Virus record (IMG/VR): IMGVR_UViG_3300025466_000001 | Direction: 5' to 3' (one strand) | DNA: 64,000 nucleotides | Source of the DNA: an uncultured virus (IMG/VR IMGVR_UViG_3300025466_000001) | Lineage: Duplodnaviria > Heunggongvirae > Uroviricota > Caudoviricetes | In this document: positions 38,611-46,982 of the stretch, in pieces | Layout of the letters: every line of letters starts with the position of its first letter | Numbering within the stretch: position 1 is the first letter of the stretch | Program-made: the position numbers and the translations under genes | Notes under the pieces: generated by a model | The model's input: only the letters and a program-made list of their open reading frames with translations | Databases searched by the model: none | Told to the model about the DNA's origin: nothing

Positions 38611-39816
38611 TTATGAATAAATACGAACTGTCTTACCTTTGTTGCTTGTGAATGAATCGTTATCTACTACACCGAACAAGATGGGCCCGTCAGGTAGTAT
38701 GTAATCCGATTCTATGTAGCCGTCGCTAAGCACGATGGTTGCCTTGGGTTTGACCTTATGCTCAACCATATACTCACGCACACAAGTCAAGCGTGTGCCA
38801 CCACCACCACAAGGGCGAATGAGGTTGGCTATGTTGTGATAGTCAGAGGGCTTGAAGATTTGCTCGCCGACAATCTCTGTTTCCCACCACAACACACGCA
38901 CAGAGTCAGGCTTAACATTCTCGCAGATACGAGATACCTCACCGAACACAGTAGGCAGTATGTGATACATAGAACCTGACGCATCACAAGCAATCACTAA
39001 CTCGCCTGTTGTTTCAGAGAAGTGTGATGGCATGAGTATGCCTTGGGGTAGTAAGCGTTTGTTAGGCGGTGCGAATCGTGAGTAGTCATCGCCCTCGCAT
39101 AACTGAGTAATGAAGTCACGCATATACTCTTTCCAGTTGGTGTCACGCTTCTGAGTAAGGCGATCTAATGCACTACCGCTACTGCCGTTGCCCCTATCCT
39201 TGATACGCTTGGCTAACATCTTGCCTTGATGCAACGCTTCTGAAACTTCTTGTGCAGTCTTGGCTTCGATAGCATCGGATAGCTTACCTAGTATGTGTCC
39301 GTCAAGCGTGCCGTCACCACCAACACCACTACCAGCAGTCGGGTCGCCACCTTGTTCCTCGCATTGTTTAATCAAATCCTGTAAGACTTCTACAAAACTC
39401 CAACCATAGTATTTTTTATCTAACAAAGGAGCTACTGCGGTTGGGTGCTCGATGAACGCATGGGTCGGGTCGGTTTCTTCTATCGTGCCATTGACTACAT
39501 AATCCATAGCTTGATTGCACAACATAGGATACTTCTCGCACAATGCTTTGTAGTTAGTGCAATGATGTAAAGCCTTATGCAAACTCTCGTGAAGAATCAA
39601 GAACCTCAACTGCTTGCGTGATAAAGGCTCGATGAATGATGGCGCATAGATAACATTACGACCATCAGTTGCCGCAGTCCTGATGTCCTCGTCTAGCTTG
39701 ACATCACCGACATACACAATACCTGACAGCGTAGCGAACAATGCGCTATTACTGATGTCCACATGACACGCTATGATGCGGTCGTTAAGCGACATTTTGT
39801 CCCATATTGAACTCAT
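38611..39816 (-). CDS. Metallopeptidase + vWA protein (DUF2201-like)
   Basis: TAATDG, HESLH (HExxH); MIDAS DASGS, GGGT, SDG. Confidence 0.85.
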   Translation of the reverse strand: MSSIWDKMSLNDRIIACHVDISNSALFATLSGIVYVGDVKLDEDIRTAATDGRNVIYAPSFIEPLSRKQLRFLILHESLHKALHHCTNYKALCEKYPMLCNQAMDYVVNGTIEETDPTHAFIEHPTAVAPLLDKKYYGWSFVEVLQDLIKQCEEQGGDPTAGSGVGGDGTLDGHILGKLSDAIEAKTAQEVSEALHQGKMLAKRIKDRGNGSSGSALDRLTQKRDTNWKEYMRDFITQLCEGDDYSRFAPPNKRLLPQGILMPSHFSETTGELVIACDASGSMYHILPTVFGEVSRICENVKPDSVRVLWWETEIVGEQIFKPSDYHNIANLIRPCGGGGTRLTCVREYMVEHKVKPKATIVLSDGYIESDYILPDGPILFGVVDNDSFTSNKGKTVRIYS

Positions 39817-39826
39817 AGTGATCTCC

Positions 39827-40948
39827 TTACTTGCCTGTGAAATAAATCTTGTTGTCTTGCAACATAGTTTGGAACGGCTTGACAGTCACGAAGTTAGATA
39901 CACGACTAGACTGCGCTAGGTTATGGCAGAACATAGACTGCATCTCACGACGCATACGCAAGATGTATTCGCATACTGCCTCGGCATCCTCACGACCATT
40001 GGTTTGTGTAATGCACTTGAGAACTGTAATGATCTGCGCCATAGGATTCTCAGGGACAGGGCAAGTCTTAGGTTCTTTCAAGATGCGTGGGAACGGAGGG
40101 GTTTGCTCACCGAACTGAATGAAAGCCTTGAGTGATTCAGCACCAGCCTCACCCATAGTGCCTGATAGTGCGGACAATAATGTTTCTGTGTCCATGCCGT
40201 CTTTGCTATACACAATGTCAGATGCCGCATGAAGTGAGCGTGGTGTGACATAGGACATCTGTGCGATAGATGGGTTGAAGATGTATGCGTTGTGCGCTTC
40301 TTGTCGTTGCCCGTCATACTTAGCACCTGACTGATAGTCAAGGAAGCTATCAAACAATGTCTGACCTAACTCGTCAGTCCATGCAATAACCTCGGGTGCA
40401 ATACCTCTGTCGATAGCCCACTCTCGCCACTCAGTTTGCGTAGGCTTACGCATCTTGACAAACACCAAACGATTACGCAAGTGCGCTTGAATGGAATCGC
40501 CTAGACCCTCGACTGATAAGTTAGTAGCACAAAACACTACGCTACCCTCGGGCATATGGTAGTTACCAACACGACGCTCGTAAACGATTGGGGCTAGCAC
40601 ATCTTTAATATACTGACGAGCCTTGGCAATCTCATCGAGGAATACTAACGCTGGTCGTGCGCCATTGATACCTTTCTGATTGTCCTTGTTAACACCGAAG
40701 CGCTCGTTAGGTAACTCACGACTAACACCTAACTCTCTGTCAATGTCAGGCATCCATACTGAACCATCGGATAACTGCGTGCAATCAATCGGGTCAACAT
40801 GGACATGGTTAGAAAAGAACGGGTCATCTTTGAGCATATGGAATAGACCAGTCTTACCGATACCATTCTCGCCCTCGACAATGATGGTGCGCTTGTGACC
40901 GATTGCCTTGATGAGTTGTGTAACTTGTTTAAATGAAAGCATCTGCAT
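39827..40948 (-). CDS. MoxR-like AAA+ ATPase (start MQMLSF)
   Basis: Walker A GENGIGKT, Walker B VFLDE, ATN, NR finger, TPRS. Confidence 0.85.
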   Translation of the reverse strand: MQMLSFKQVTQLIKAIGHKRTIIVEGENGIGKTGLFHMLKDDPFFSNHVHVDPIDCTQLSDGSVWMPDIDRELGVSRELPNERFGVNKDNQKGINGARPALVFLDEIAKARQYIKDVLAPIVYERRVGNYHMPEGSVVFCATNLSVEGLGDSIQAHLRNRLVFVKMRKPTQTEWREWAIDRGIAPEVIAWTDELGQTLFDSFLDYQSGAKYDGQRQEAHNAYIFNPSIAQMSYVTPRSLHAASDIVYSKDGMDTETLLSALSGTMGEAGAESLKAFIQFGEQTPPFPRILKEPKTCPVPENPMAQIITVLKCITQTNGREDAEAVCEYILRMRREMQSMFCHNLAQSSRVSNFVTVKPFQTMLQDNKIYFTGK

Positions 40949-41101
40949 AATGTTTACTGCCTTTCTATGTTGTTGTTGAACTGCGTGAGGTACTACATAT
41001 AGAGTCTTTGCTCTGTTTCCTACAATGATACTACCCTGTCCAAGGTTTGACATAAGAATAAACCCTGATACTACGGGTAGTGCTACTGATACTACATATA
41101 G

Positions 41102-42076
41102 TTAAACAAAATACTTGCGTGGGATAGATGACATGAACTGACCCCAAGGTGTTTTGACTGAGCCTGTCTTGAGTGATGCAACATTTAACAAGCGACTAGT
41201 CATAGCTTTCTTGAACTCCTCTGCTGTAACTTCTTCTGCTACCTCATGTTGCTTATCGAGCATGGCTTTGAGTTGGTCTGCTGACTTACCCCATGTGCGG
41301 AACAACTGTCCTTGCCAACGCTCACCCTCGGGGATGTAGTTGTAAACCTTGTGGCTAGCAGAGATGTCGAACACCGCCTGACCTAAGTTTAAGAACGCTT
41401 CGATGTATTGAGGATGCTCGGTCTGATCTGCGCCTAAGTCCCTGACTACATCCTCAAACCTACTGATCTCTCGTGGTGCATTGCGCCACGCTGTGCCGAA
41501 TGGCTGACCTAGGTTCTCGTCGATAGTTACATTGGCTCTGTATTCGGGCAAGCGGAATAAAGCGAGGGTCATGAGTGTATCTACCTTAGCCTTGAAGTCC
41601 TTGCGCTTCTGCTTATCCTCTGCGCTTGACTTGTATGTGTAGATGTCACGATGGCTTGATCGTTCTGTAATTAGTAGCCCGTCTTGGTTGAACCATAACT
41701 CTGCGCTTGGTTTGTGTGAACCGCTTGCTCTATCCCAGCTAGCTACATAGGGAACTCGGACTTGCTTGCCCTCGGTTGTTGTTAGGTCATGGTAGTTAAG
41801 TCCTTGCTCATACATAAAGATGTTAGTGGTTTGGCTAGCGTAGTAGTTCATTACTACCTTGCGTGCGCCGTCTGCTTCGGGTGGATAGAAGGTTGCGACA
41901 TTGGTGTTATACAAGCGGTAGTAGATAGCGCCATCGTTTGTCTTGTGAATACCCATATGGTCTGCTGATACATTGCGTAGGTATCTTGGGCTATCGGGCA
42001 TAGCTAACCACTTCTTACTACGGGTTGGTTTCTTACTGCGGTTGTATTGTGATAATGCGTCTTCGTATGTTCTCAT
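41102..42076 (-). CDS. Early hypothetical protein (start MRTYED; in-frame upstream ATG at 42157)
   Basis: AAAGGA RBS; long ORF. Confidence 0.7.
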   Translation of the reverse strand: MRTYEDALSQYNRSKKPTRSKKWLAMPDSPRYLRNVSADHMGIHKTNDGAIYYRLYNTNVATFYPPEADGARKVVMNYYASQTTNIFMYEQGLNYHDLTTTEGKQVRVPYVASWDRASGSHKPSAELWFNQDGLLITERSSHRDIYTYKSSAEDKQKRKDFKAKVDTLMTLALFRLPEYRANVTIDENLGQPFGTAWRNAPREISRFEDVVRDLGADQTEHPQYIEAFLNLGQAVFDISASHKVYNYIPEGERWQGQLFRTWGKSADQLKAMLDKQHEVAEEVTAEEFKKAMTSRLLNVASLKTGSVKTPWGQFMSSIPRKYFV

Positions 42077-42153
42077 GGTAATTCCTTTCGTTGTTTGATA
42101 TTTGTATTTAAGTTGTTGTAGATATACTGCGTTCTTTGCGTGAGTGTAGTAAC

Positions 42154-42846
42154 TCATGCCATATTGCCCTCCTCGTCAAACCTCCAGTCGTTGATGTCGC
42201 ACATCTCTATTAAATTTGCTTCGCTTGTTATATATTCGTATTCCTCCCTAAGTTGTTTGTATAGTTTGTCTGCGTAGCCCTTAGCACTTTCAAATGCCGC
42301 TTCCTCTATGTCGTTAGGGTCTTTGTATATGTAGTCGCTTGATGTGATTAGGTTGCGTACATCTTTGTAGTGCATACCTTGAAAGATGGATGGAAGTTTT
42401 AAATACAAGTAGTCATCCTCACCGCTCTCATCACACCAGTCCCAACCTACACAAGTCATACTTCCGCTATGTGAGTAGTGCCCTCTGAAGTGTATGCCCA
42501 TATGCTTATCGCAAAACTCCTCTTGTATCAAAGCGCACCACGCATCTCTAGCTATGCTGTCCTCGGTATGCGTCTTGAGCCATTGAGCCGTATCAACCTG
42601 ACCTGACCAACAAGCGCCATCACCTTGAGAGTAAAAACCTGAGAAGTTAATGTTATCAATTACAAACCCTAACTCGTAGCCTTCTCGTTTAAAGTCCTCG
42701 TAGGCGCAGTCCCACCACTCATGCTCAGCGCCATGCTCATACCACCATTGTTTGACTGACTCCTTTGCTTCATCTGATAGTTCTTGGTATGTGTATGCCC
42801 GTATATCTATCGTGGAGGAATCCTCCACCTCGCTTGCTAGCCTCAT
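42154..42846 (-). CDS. Acidic early protein resembling a family found in plasmid/ICE leading regions
   Basis: ELSDEAK, FSGFYSQGDGAC, EYEYITSE, FDEEG; family recalled, not searched. Confidence 0.55.
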   Translation of the reverse strand: MRLASEVEDSSTIDIRAYTYQELSDEAKESVKQWWYEHGAEHEWWDCAYEDFKREGYELGFVIDNINFSGFYSQGDGACWSGQVDTAQWLKTHTEDSIARDAWCALIQEEFCDKHMGIHFRGHYSHSGSMTCVGWDWCDESGEDDYLYLKLPSIFQGMHYKDVRNLITSSDYIYKDPNDIEEAAFESAKGYADKLYKQLREEYEYITSEANLIEMCDINDWRFDEEGNMA

Positions 42847-43067
42847 GGTTTCTCCCTTTGTGCCAATGCTTTTAAAACTTCCTCACGAATTAAGCTACGC
42901 AACGCACCCTCCAGCCCTGCAAAGAAAGACACTGGTTGCTCTCTTTGTATTTCCTCAAGAGGTTTGTAGAACTGCTTTAAATCTACGGGGGTATATTGCG
43001 CCCCACTTGCGCCTTGTATTGGTTCTTCGGGTTGTGGTGTTAAGTCTTGTAATGTGAATGTGGTCAT
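42843..43067 (-). CDS. Early hypothetical protein
   Basis: GGAGG RBS; ATGA overlaps. Confidence 0.65.
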   Translation of the reverse strand: MTTFTLQDLTPQPEEPIQGASGAQYTPVDLKQFYKPLEEIQREQPVSFFAGLEGALRSLIREEVLKALAQREKP

Positions 43068-43258
43068 TGTGTTACCTCCTTTACCCTCCAGCCTTCGTCT
43101 TGCTTAACGAACTTGGCTATCTCGATTGCGTTCATTGGGTCTTTGGCTACTACATTTAGCACATAGTTCACCCCGTCATCACCATCTGCATACACTTCGT
43201 GCATGACATACTCGTCAATGCTTTCCTTATCAATACATCTACCCATAAAGTTCTTCAT
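43064..43258 (-). CDS. Early hypothetical protein
   Basis: AAGGAG RBS. Confidence 0.65.
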   Translation of the reverse strand: MKNFMGRCIDKESIDEYVMHEVYADGDDGVNYVLNVVAKDPMNAIEIAKFVKQDEGWRVKEVTQ

Positions 43259-43668
43259 GCTAGTTCTCCTTCTTCAGTTAGGATTGGTTTAATTTGGTTT
43301 GTATCTACGCACACATCTATCCGTCTTTCTACACTTGTGTAATCCCATAGGTCGTCATAGTCCCCGTCTTCCTCGATCTCTAGGTCTTCAAGTTCTTCTC
43401 CGATTCTTACATAGCGATACCCTGCACCCTCGAATAACTCGACTGCTTGTAGGTAGATTTCGGTGTGCGCCTTGACATCAGGGTATGAGTCATACCATTT
43501 AACATCTGTGGCGTGGAAGAATAGTTTGTCATCTTCTAGTTTGCTAAGTTCTTTGAGAGCCTGAGTAGTGTGCTCATTCTTTGCGACTATCAACATATTG
43601 ATAAACGCTTCCCTGTCCTCGCCATCTTTGAACTTAACTACATACGCTACCTCTGATCTATACCCCAT
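43255..43668 (-). CDS. Acidic early protein (MGYRSEV type)
   Basis: VKWYDSYPDV, YVRIGEELED motifs. Confidence 0.7.
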   Translation of the reverse strand: MGYRSEVAYVVKFKDGEDREAFINMLIVAKNEHTTQALKELSKLEDDKLFFHATDVKWYDSYPDVKAHTEIYLQAVELFEGAGYRYVRIGEELEDLEIEEDGDYDDLWDYTSVERRIDVCVDTNQIKPILTEEGELA

Positions 43669-43891
43669 GCCACTCTCCCATATCTTCTACTGCATCATCT
43701 GTTTCGTATGCCCAATCACCACGCTTGACTACTGCATTGGCTACGAAATCTCCAAGGCTTTGCGCTGGTTTGAGTAGGTACTCTTGGTATTTAATAAAGG
43801 CTTCGGGTGTAGCACACTCGTCAAAGCTATCCATGTCTTCATCGTTTACTTCCCACTCAATAGTGGTGTTGAACTTAACCCTATACCCCAT
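43658..43891 (-). CDS. Early hypothetical protein
   Basis: GGGAG RBS. Confidence 0.65.
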   Translation of the reverse strand: MGYRVKFNTTIEWEVNDEDMDSFDECATPEAFIKYQEYLLKPAQSLGDFVANAVVKRGDWAYETDDAVEDMGEWHGV

Positions 43892-44102
43892 TTAGTTTCT
43901 CCCTTGTTGTTGCGTCTATCTGATATTGAAAGAAGGCATTGTTTAGATACCCTACGATCTCGTTCACTTCATCCACCTCGTCTACTACATCTAGCACCTT
44001 GTGAATATAGCTCTCTGTTGCGTGTATGCTTGGGTTTTGTAACACCTCTAACATCAACCCTGCTATCTTGAAGAACTGCACCCTGTTCGCAATCATGCTC
44101 AC
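43881..44102 (-). CDS. Early hypothetical protein
   Basis: GGGAGG RBS; ATG at 44096 may be the real start. Confidence 0.6.
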   Translation of the reverse strand: MSMIANRVQFFKIAGLMLEVLQNPSIHATESYIHKVLDVVDEVDEVNEIVGYLNNAFFQYQIDATTREKLNGV

Positions 44103-44194
44103 CTCCCTATATAAACAATCAAATGCACAAGAAAATAAAGGCTACCGATAACGATAGCCAAGCGGAATACCCAGTCTAAGTCGAACCATCTCAT
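44099..44194 (-). CDS. 31-aa single-TM peptide (not in the ORF track)
   Basis: MRWFDLDWVFRLAIVIGSLYFLVHLIVYIGR; ATGA overlap. Confidence 0.55.
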   Translation of the reverse strand: MRWFDLDWVFRLAIVIGSLYFLVHLIVYIGR

Positions 44195-44406
44195 AGCATC
44201 ACCTGTTTTAAACCTAGTCTGTGGAAGGTCTGCGTGGTGTAGAGATACCCGTCATCCCCAGTTAAATACCGCACCCTTGCCGTTTCGTCATCGTATAGTT
44301 CTAGTATCTCAAACCTACTGTAAAAGCCTTTGTAGTCCTTGCGTGTAACCCACTGATTCTCTTGTACTTCTCTGCCTGTCTGTTTATTTAGAATCATTGT
44401 CTTCAT
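44191..44406 (-). CDS. Early hypothetical protein
   Basis: GGAGGA RBS. Confidence 0.65.
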   Translation of the reverse strand: MKTMILNKQTGREVQENQWVTRKDYKGFYSRFEILELYDDETARVRYLTGDDGYLYTTQTFHRLGLKQVML

Positions 44407-44936
44407 GGTGTTCCTCCTGTTGTGTAAGTTGTTTGTGTAGTTTGCTTGAGTGATTCTCTTGTGCGTGGTGTTGGGAAGATAGTCTTTCGCTTTGCCTTTG
44501 TGTAATAGGGTAGGCTTTCGTACCTTGCCATCAGTTCCTCCTTCTCTGCTTTGTTCACATAGTCCACCCAGTTCCGCTTTGTTTTATCGTGGTTAATAGG
44601 TGTCGCTTCTCGGGTTAGCTTGTGCTTGGTTAGTAGCGCTCGGGTGTCGAGTAAGGTTTCAAGGTAGTCCTGATAAAAGGTGGCGGTCTGTGGGTTTGTC
44701 TTAGCGTGGTAGGTGATGTTCGCTTTGACTATGTTGATCTCTCGGGTGAGTGGTTTAATCATCTCAGCCCATCTTTTATAGCGTATGCGGTTTTCCACTC
44801 GGGTTTGGTTTATCTGTTTCTTGCGTAGTGCTACTTGTTCTTTGATTTGGTTGATGGTTGTATCAGGTAGTCCTCGCTTCGTGAGTAAGTTGTGTAACTT
44901 GTTTTTTGAAATCTTGGTGTAGGGTGTGTGTCGCAT
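44403..44936 (-). CDS. Basic early protein
   Basis: AAAGGA RBS; 177 aa. Confidence 0.7.
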   Translation of the reverse strand: MRHTPYTKISKNKLHNLLTKRGLPDTTINQIKEQVALRKKQINQTRVENRIRYKRWAEMIKPLTREINIVKANITYHAKTNPQTATFYQDYLETLLDTRALLTKHKLTREATPINHDKTKRNWVDYVNKAEKEELMARYESLPYYTKAKRKTIFPTPRTRESLKQTTQTTYTTGGTP

Positions 44937-44967
44937 ATTTATCCTTTCTTGTGGAGGTTTTCTCCAC

Positions 44968-45280
44968 TTTGTCCTACTTATTCCTAGTTTTGTCCACTTG
45001 TGTCCTTGGTTTTTTTAAAGTCGGTGTGCATGAGGGACGCCCGCTAACCCATATACTATAACGCTTTGCTCGTGTCGTGTCCCAATGTCCATTAAAAAAC
45101 AGGAAAAGATAAACACCAAGACAAAGGACAAGGTCAAAGAATGTCCACTTATATAAGCCTATATATATAAATATCTTTATCTTTAATTATATATATACAT
45201 AGTGGACTGAAGTGGACAGGACATATATAGCATAAGGGTTAGCGGTCGACCGCTTGTATTCCACAACTGCAAAACTAGGT
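44968..45280. other. Putative replication origin
   Basis: AT-rich (TA)n core at 45150-45200 flanked by TGTCC/GGACA iterons and a 20-bp inverted repeat. Confidence 0.55.
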
Positions 45281-45295
45281 GATTTTGTCGGACTA

Positions 45296-45311
45296 CTGTA
45301 TATAACAACAG
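45296..45311. promoter_or_regulatory. LexA-type SOS box
   Basis: CTGT-ATATAACA-ACAG, intergenic. Confidence 0.55.
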
Positions 45312-45326
45312 CCCGACCAATGACAT

Positions 45327-45569
45327 CTAAACACTCGCCGATTCCCATTCCTTTCTATGTATCTCTGCGAGTCTTATCGTGGTCATAGCGACCCATTCGC
45401 CACCTAGTTGATCCCCAGCCCTTAGCTTCTTAACGGCATTGATAGCGGGCTTCATATGGGCATAGGTTTGGACTTGATCTTTAGCGTTGCGTTTGAACTC
45501 CATGATGAAGCCGTCTTTTTTGTATGCAACTACGAAGCCTACGGGATTGCGTTTAGATTGGTTTAGCAT
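45327..45569 (-). CDS. Early hypothetical protein (start MLNQSK)
   Basis: AAGGAG RBS. Confidence 0.65.
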   Translation of the reverse strand: MLNQSKRNPVGFVVAYKKDGFIMEFKRNAKDQVQTYAHMKPAINAVKKLRAGDQLGGEWVAMTTIRLAEIHRKEWESASV

Positions 45570-45637
45570 GGTATTACTCCTTAGTGTGTTGTGAATTGAC
45601 AGAATACTTAACTGCGAAGAAGCCTCGCCCTTCCGCA

Positions 45638-46057
45638 TTACTTGGCGATCTTTGTCAAAAATGCTTTGCGTTGTGCAACTGTGAGAGCTTTGAATTGTGT
45701 AAGTAACTTAGCAACTGGGTCAGGCTTCTTGGCTGCCTTTGGTTTCGTGGAGGTTTTCTCCACTTGGCTTGGCATATAGTATTTGAGCATAGCCCTTGCA
45801 CATTCACTCGCATCTGTACCACCATTCTTTTTAGACTCAAAGCCTAGCGAGCCTGTGTAAGAACCTTTGGTAATCTCAATCGTGGCTACCTTCTTCTTGA
45901 TACTGATGAGCCTTGCTATGTTGCTCCGTACTTCTAGCTGTGCCTCGACCTTCATAGCGTTAAATACAGGTGCAAACTTCTGCATGGCATCACCGAGATT
46001 AAAACCTGATTCAATGTGTTGCTCTACTGCATTGAGATAGTTAGTAACTTGTTTCAT
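45638..46057 (-). CDS. First early gene, basic protein
   Basis: AAGGAG RBS; extended -10 TGGTATAAT at 46128-46120. Confidence 0.7.
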   Translation of the reverse strand: MKQVTNYLNAVEQHIESGFNLGDAMQKFAPVFNAMKVEAQLEVRSNIARLISIKKKVATIEITKGSYTGSLGFESKKNGGTDASECARAMLKYYMPSQVEKTSTKPKAAKKPDPVAKLLTQFKALTVAQRKAFLTKIAK

Positions 46058-46349
46058 GGTATTGCTCCTTCGTTTGTGTAGTTAATTAAGTATGTGCCGT
46101 TACTACCAAGCACAACTCTATTATACCATATGGCTACTATCCGTAGTAGCTTTGAGCCATTCCTTTGACCCCACCCATCCCCCATCCCCCCAAGTTTCGA
46201 CCATGCCCCGCTCGGCACTAGATCATTGTTTCGCAGGCGCAAACCAAAAAATGTCAAAATTTTGTAAAAAAATCCAAGGGTCTATGTCAAATCTTAGACA
46301 AAAACATTATAAAAATTCTTAGCAAATTTCGGACAAGACCTCCCAGAAA

Positions 46350-46800
46350 AAACGCTGTAACCTTATGATTACAAAAAATAAAGCCGTGCAAACATATGAC
46401 ATGAGGTAAAAGTTATGTAAAAAGGATAAACCTACATAAGATTGTTATAAAAAAGTTTCCCAGTAGTGCCTATAGGTATCAAAACAACAAAACAATTCCA
46501 ACCTATAGGTATAAAAAAGTTTCCCGAACGGGAAGAATTGATAAAAAAGTGTGCAAAAGTAAAAAAATATTCCCGAACGGGAAAGTTTGTAAGAAAAAGT
46601 AATGACTCATAAATGAGTCCATATAGGGGTTAAAGCTTTATTTATGAGTCAACCAAAGAGCGCATAAACTCAACGACGTATACAAAATGTCAACAAATCT
46701 GCGCATATCCCCCAAACATGTCTACAAAACTGCAATTACTATACATACCAAAAACTGTCTAGTAACAATGTTGCACTGCACCATAAAACAAATTAAAATG
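46350..46800. repeat. Non-coding array of paired operator-like palindromes
   Basis: CCTATAGGTAT x2, TTCCCGAACGGGAA x2, TGACTCATAAAT x2, GT(A/C)TACAAAA x2, others. Confidence 0.7.
46768..46799 (+). promoter_or_regulatory. Sigma70 promoter with PhaR-like operator over the -35
   Basis: TTGCAC-17-TAAAAT; ATGTTGCACTGCACCAT palindrome. Confidence 0.6.
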
Positions 46801-46847
46801 GACCCAAAGGCTCCATAAGGGAACCGCACTAACCTAAAGGAAATAAA

Positions 46848-46982
46848 ATGAACGAACTATTCAAAGAGTGGGACAAAGCGTATCAACAAGTACAGAACGT
46901 ACTAGAGGCGGTAAAGCAAGGGAATGAGTTTTGGTTAAACCACTACATCTCTTCTGTTAAAGAACTTTTCAAAACCAAATAA
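46848..46982 (+). CDS. 44-aa amphipathic helical protein, possibly phasin-like (not in the ORF track)
   Basis: AAAGGA RBS; MNELFKEWDKAYQQVQNVLEAVKQGNEFWLNHYISSVKELFKTK. Confidence 0.65.
   Translation: MNELFKEWDKAYQQVQNVLEAVKQGNEFWLNHYISSVKELFKTK

Noticed and set aside
46054..46322. ORFs 46054-46257 (-) and 46092-46322 (+)
   Set aside because: Non-ATG starts, no RBS, overlap promoter and C-tract; probably spurious
46440..46600. Possible CRISPR mini-array (ATAAAAAAGT / TTCCCGAACGGGAA repeats)
   Set aside because: Repeats are under 20 bp, heterogeneous and irregularly spaced; no cas operon
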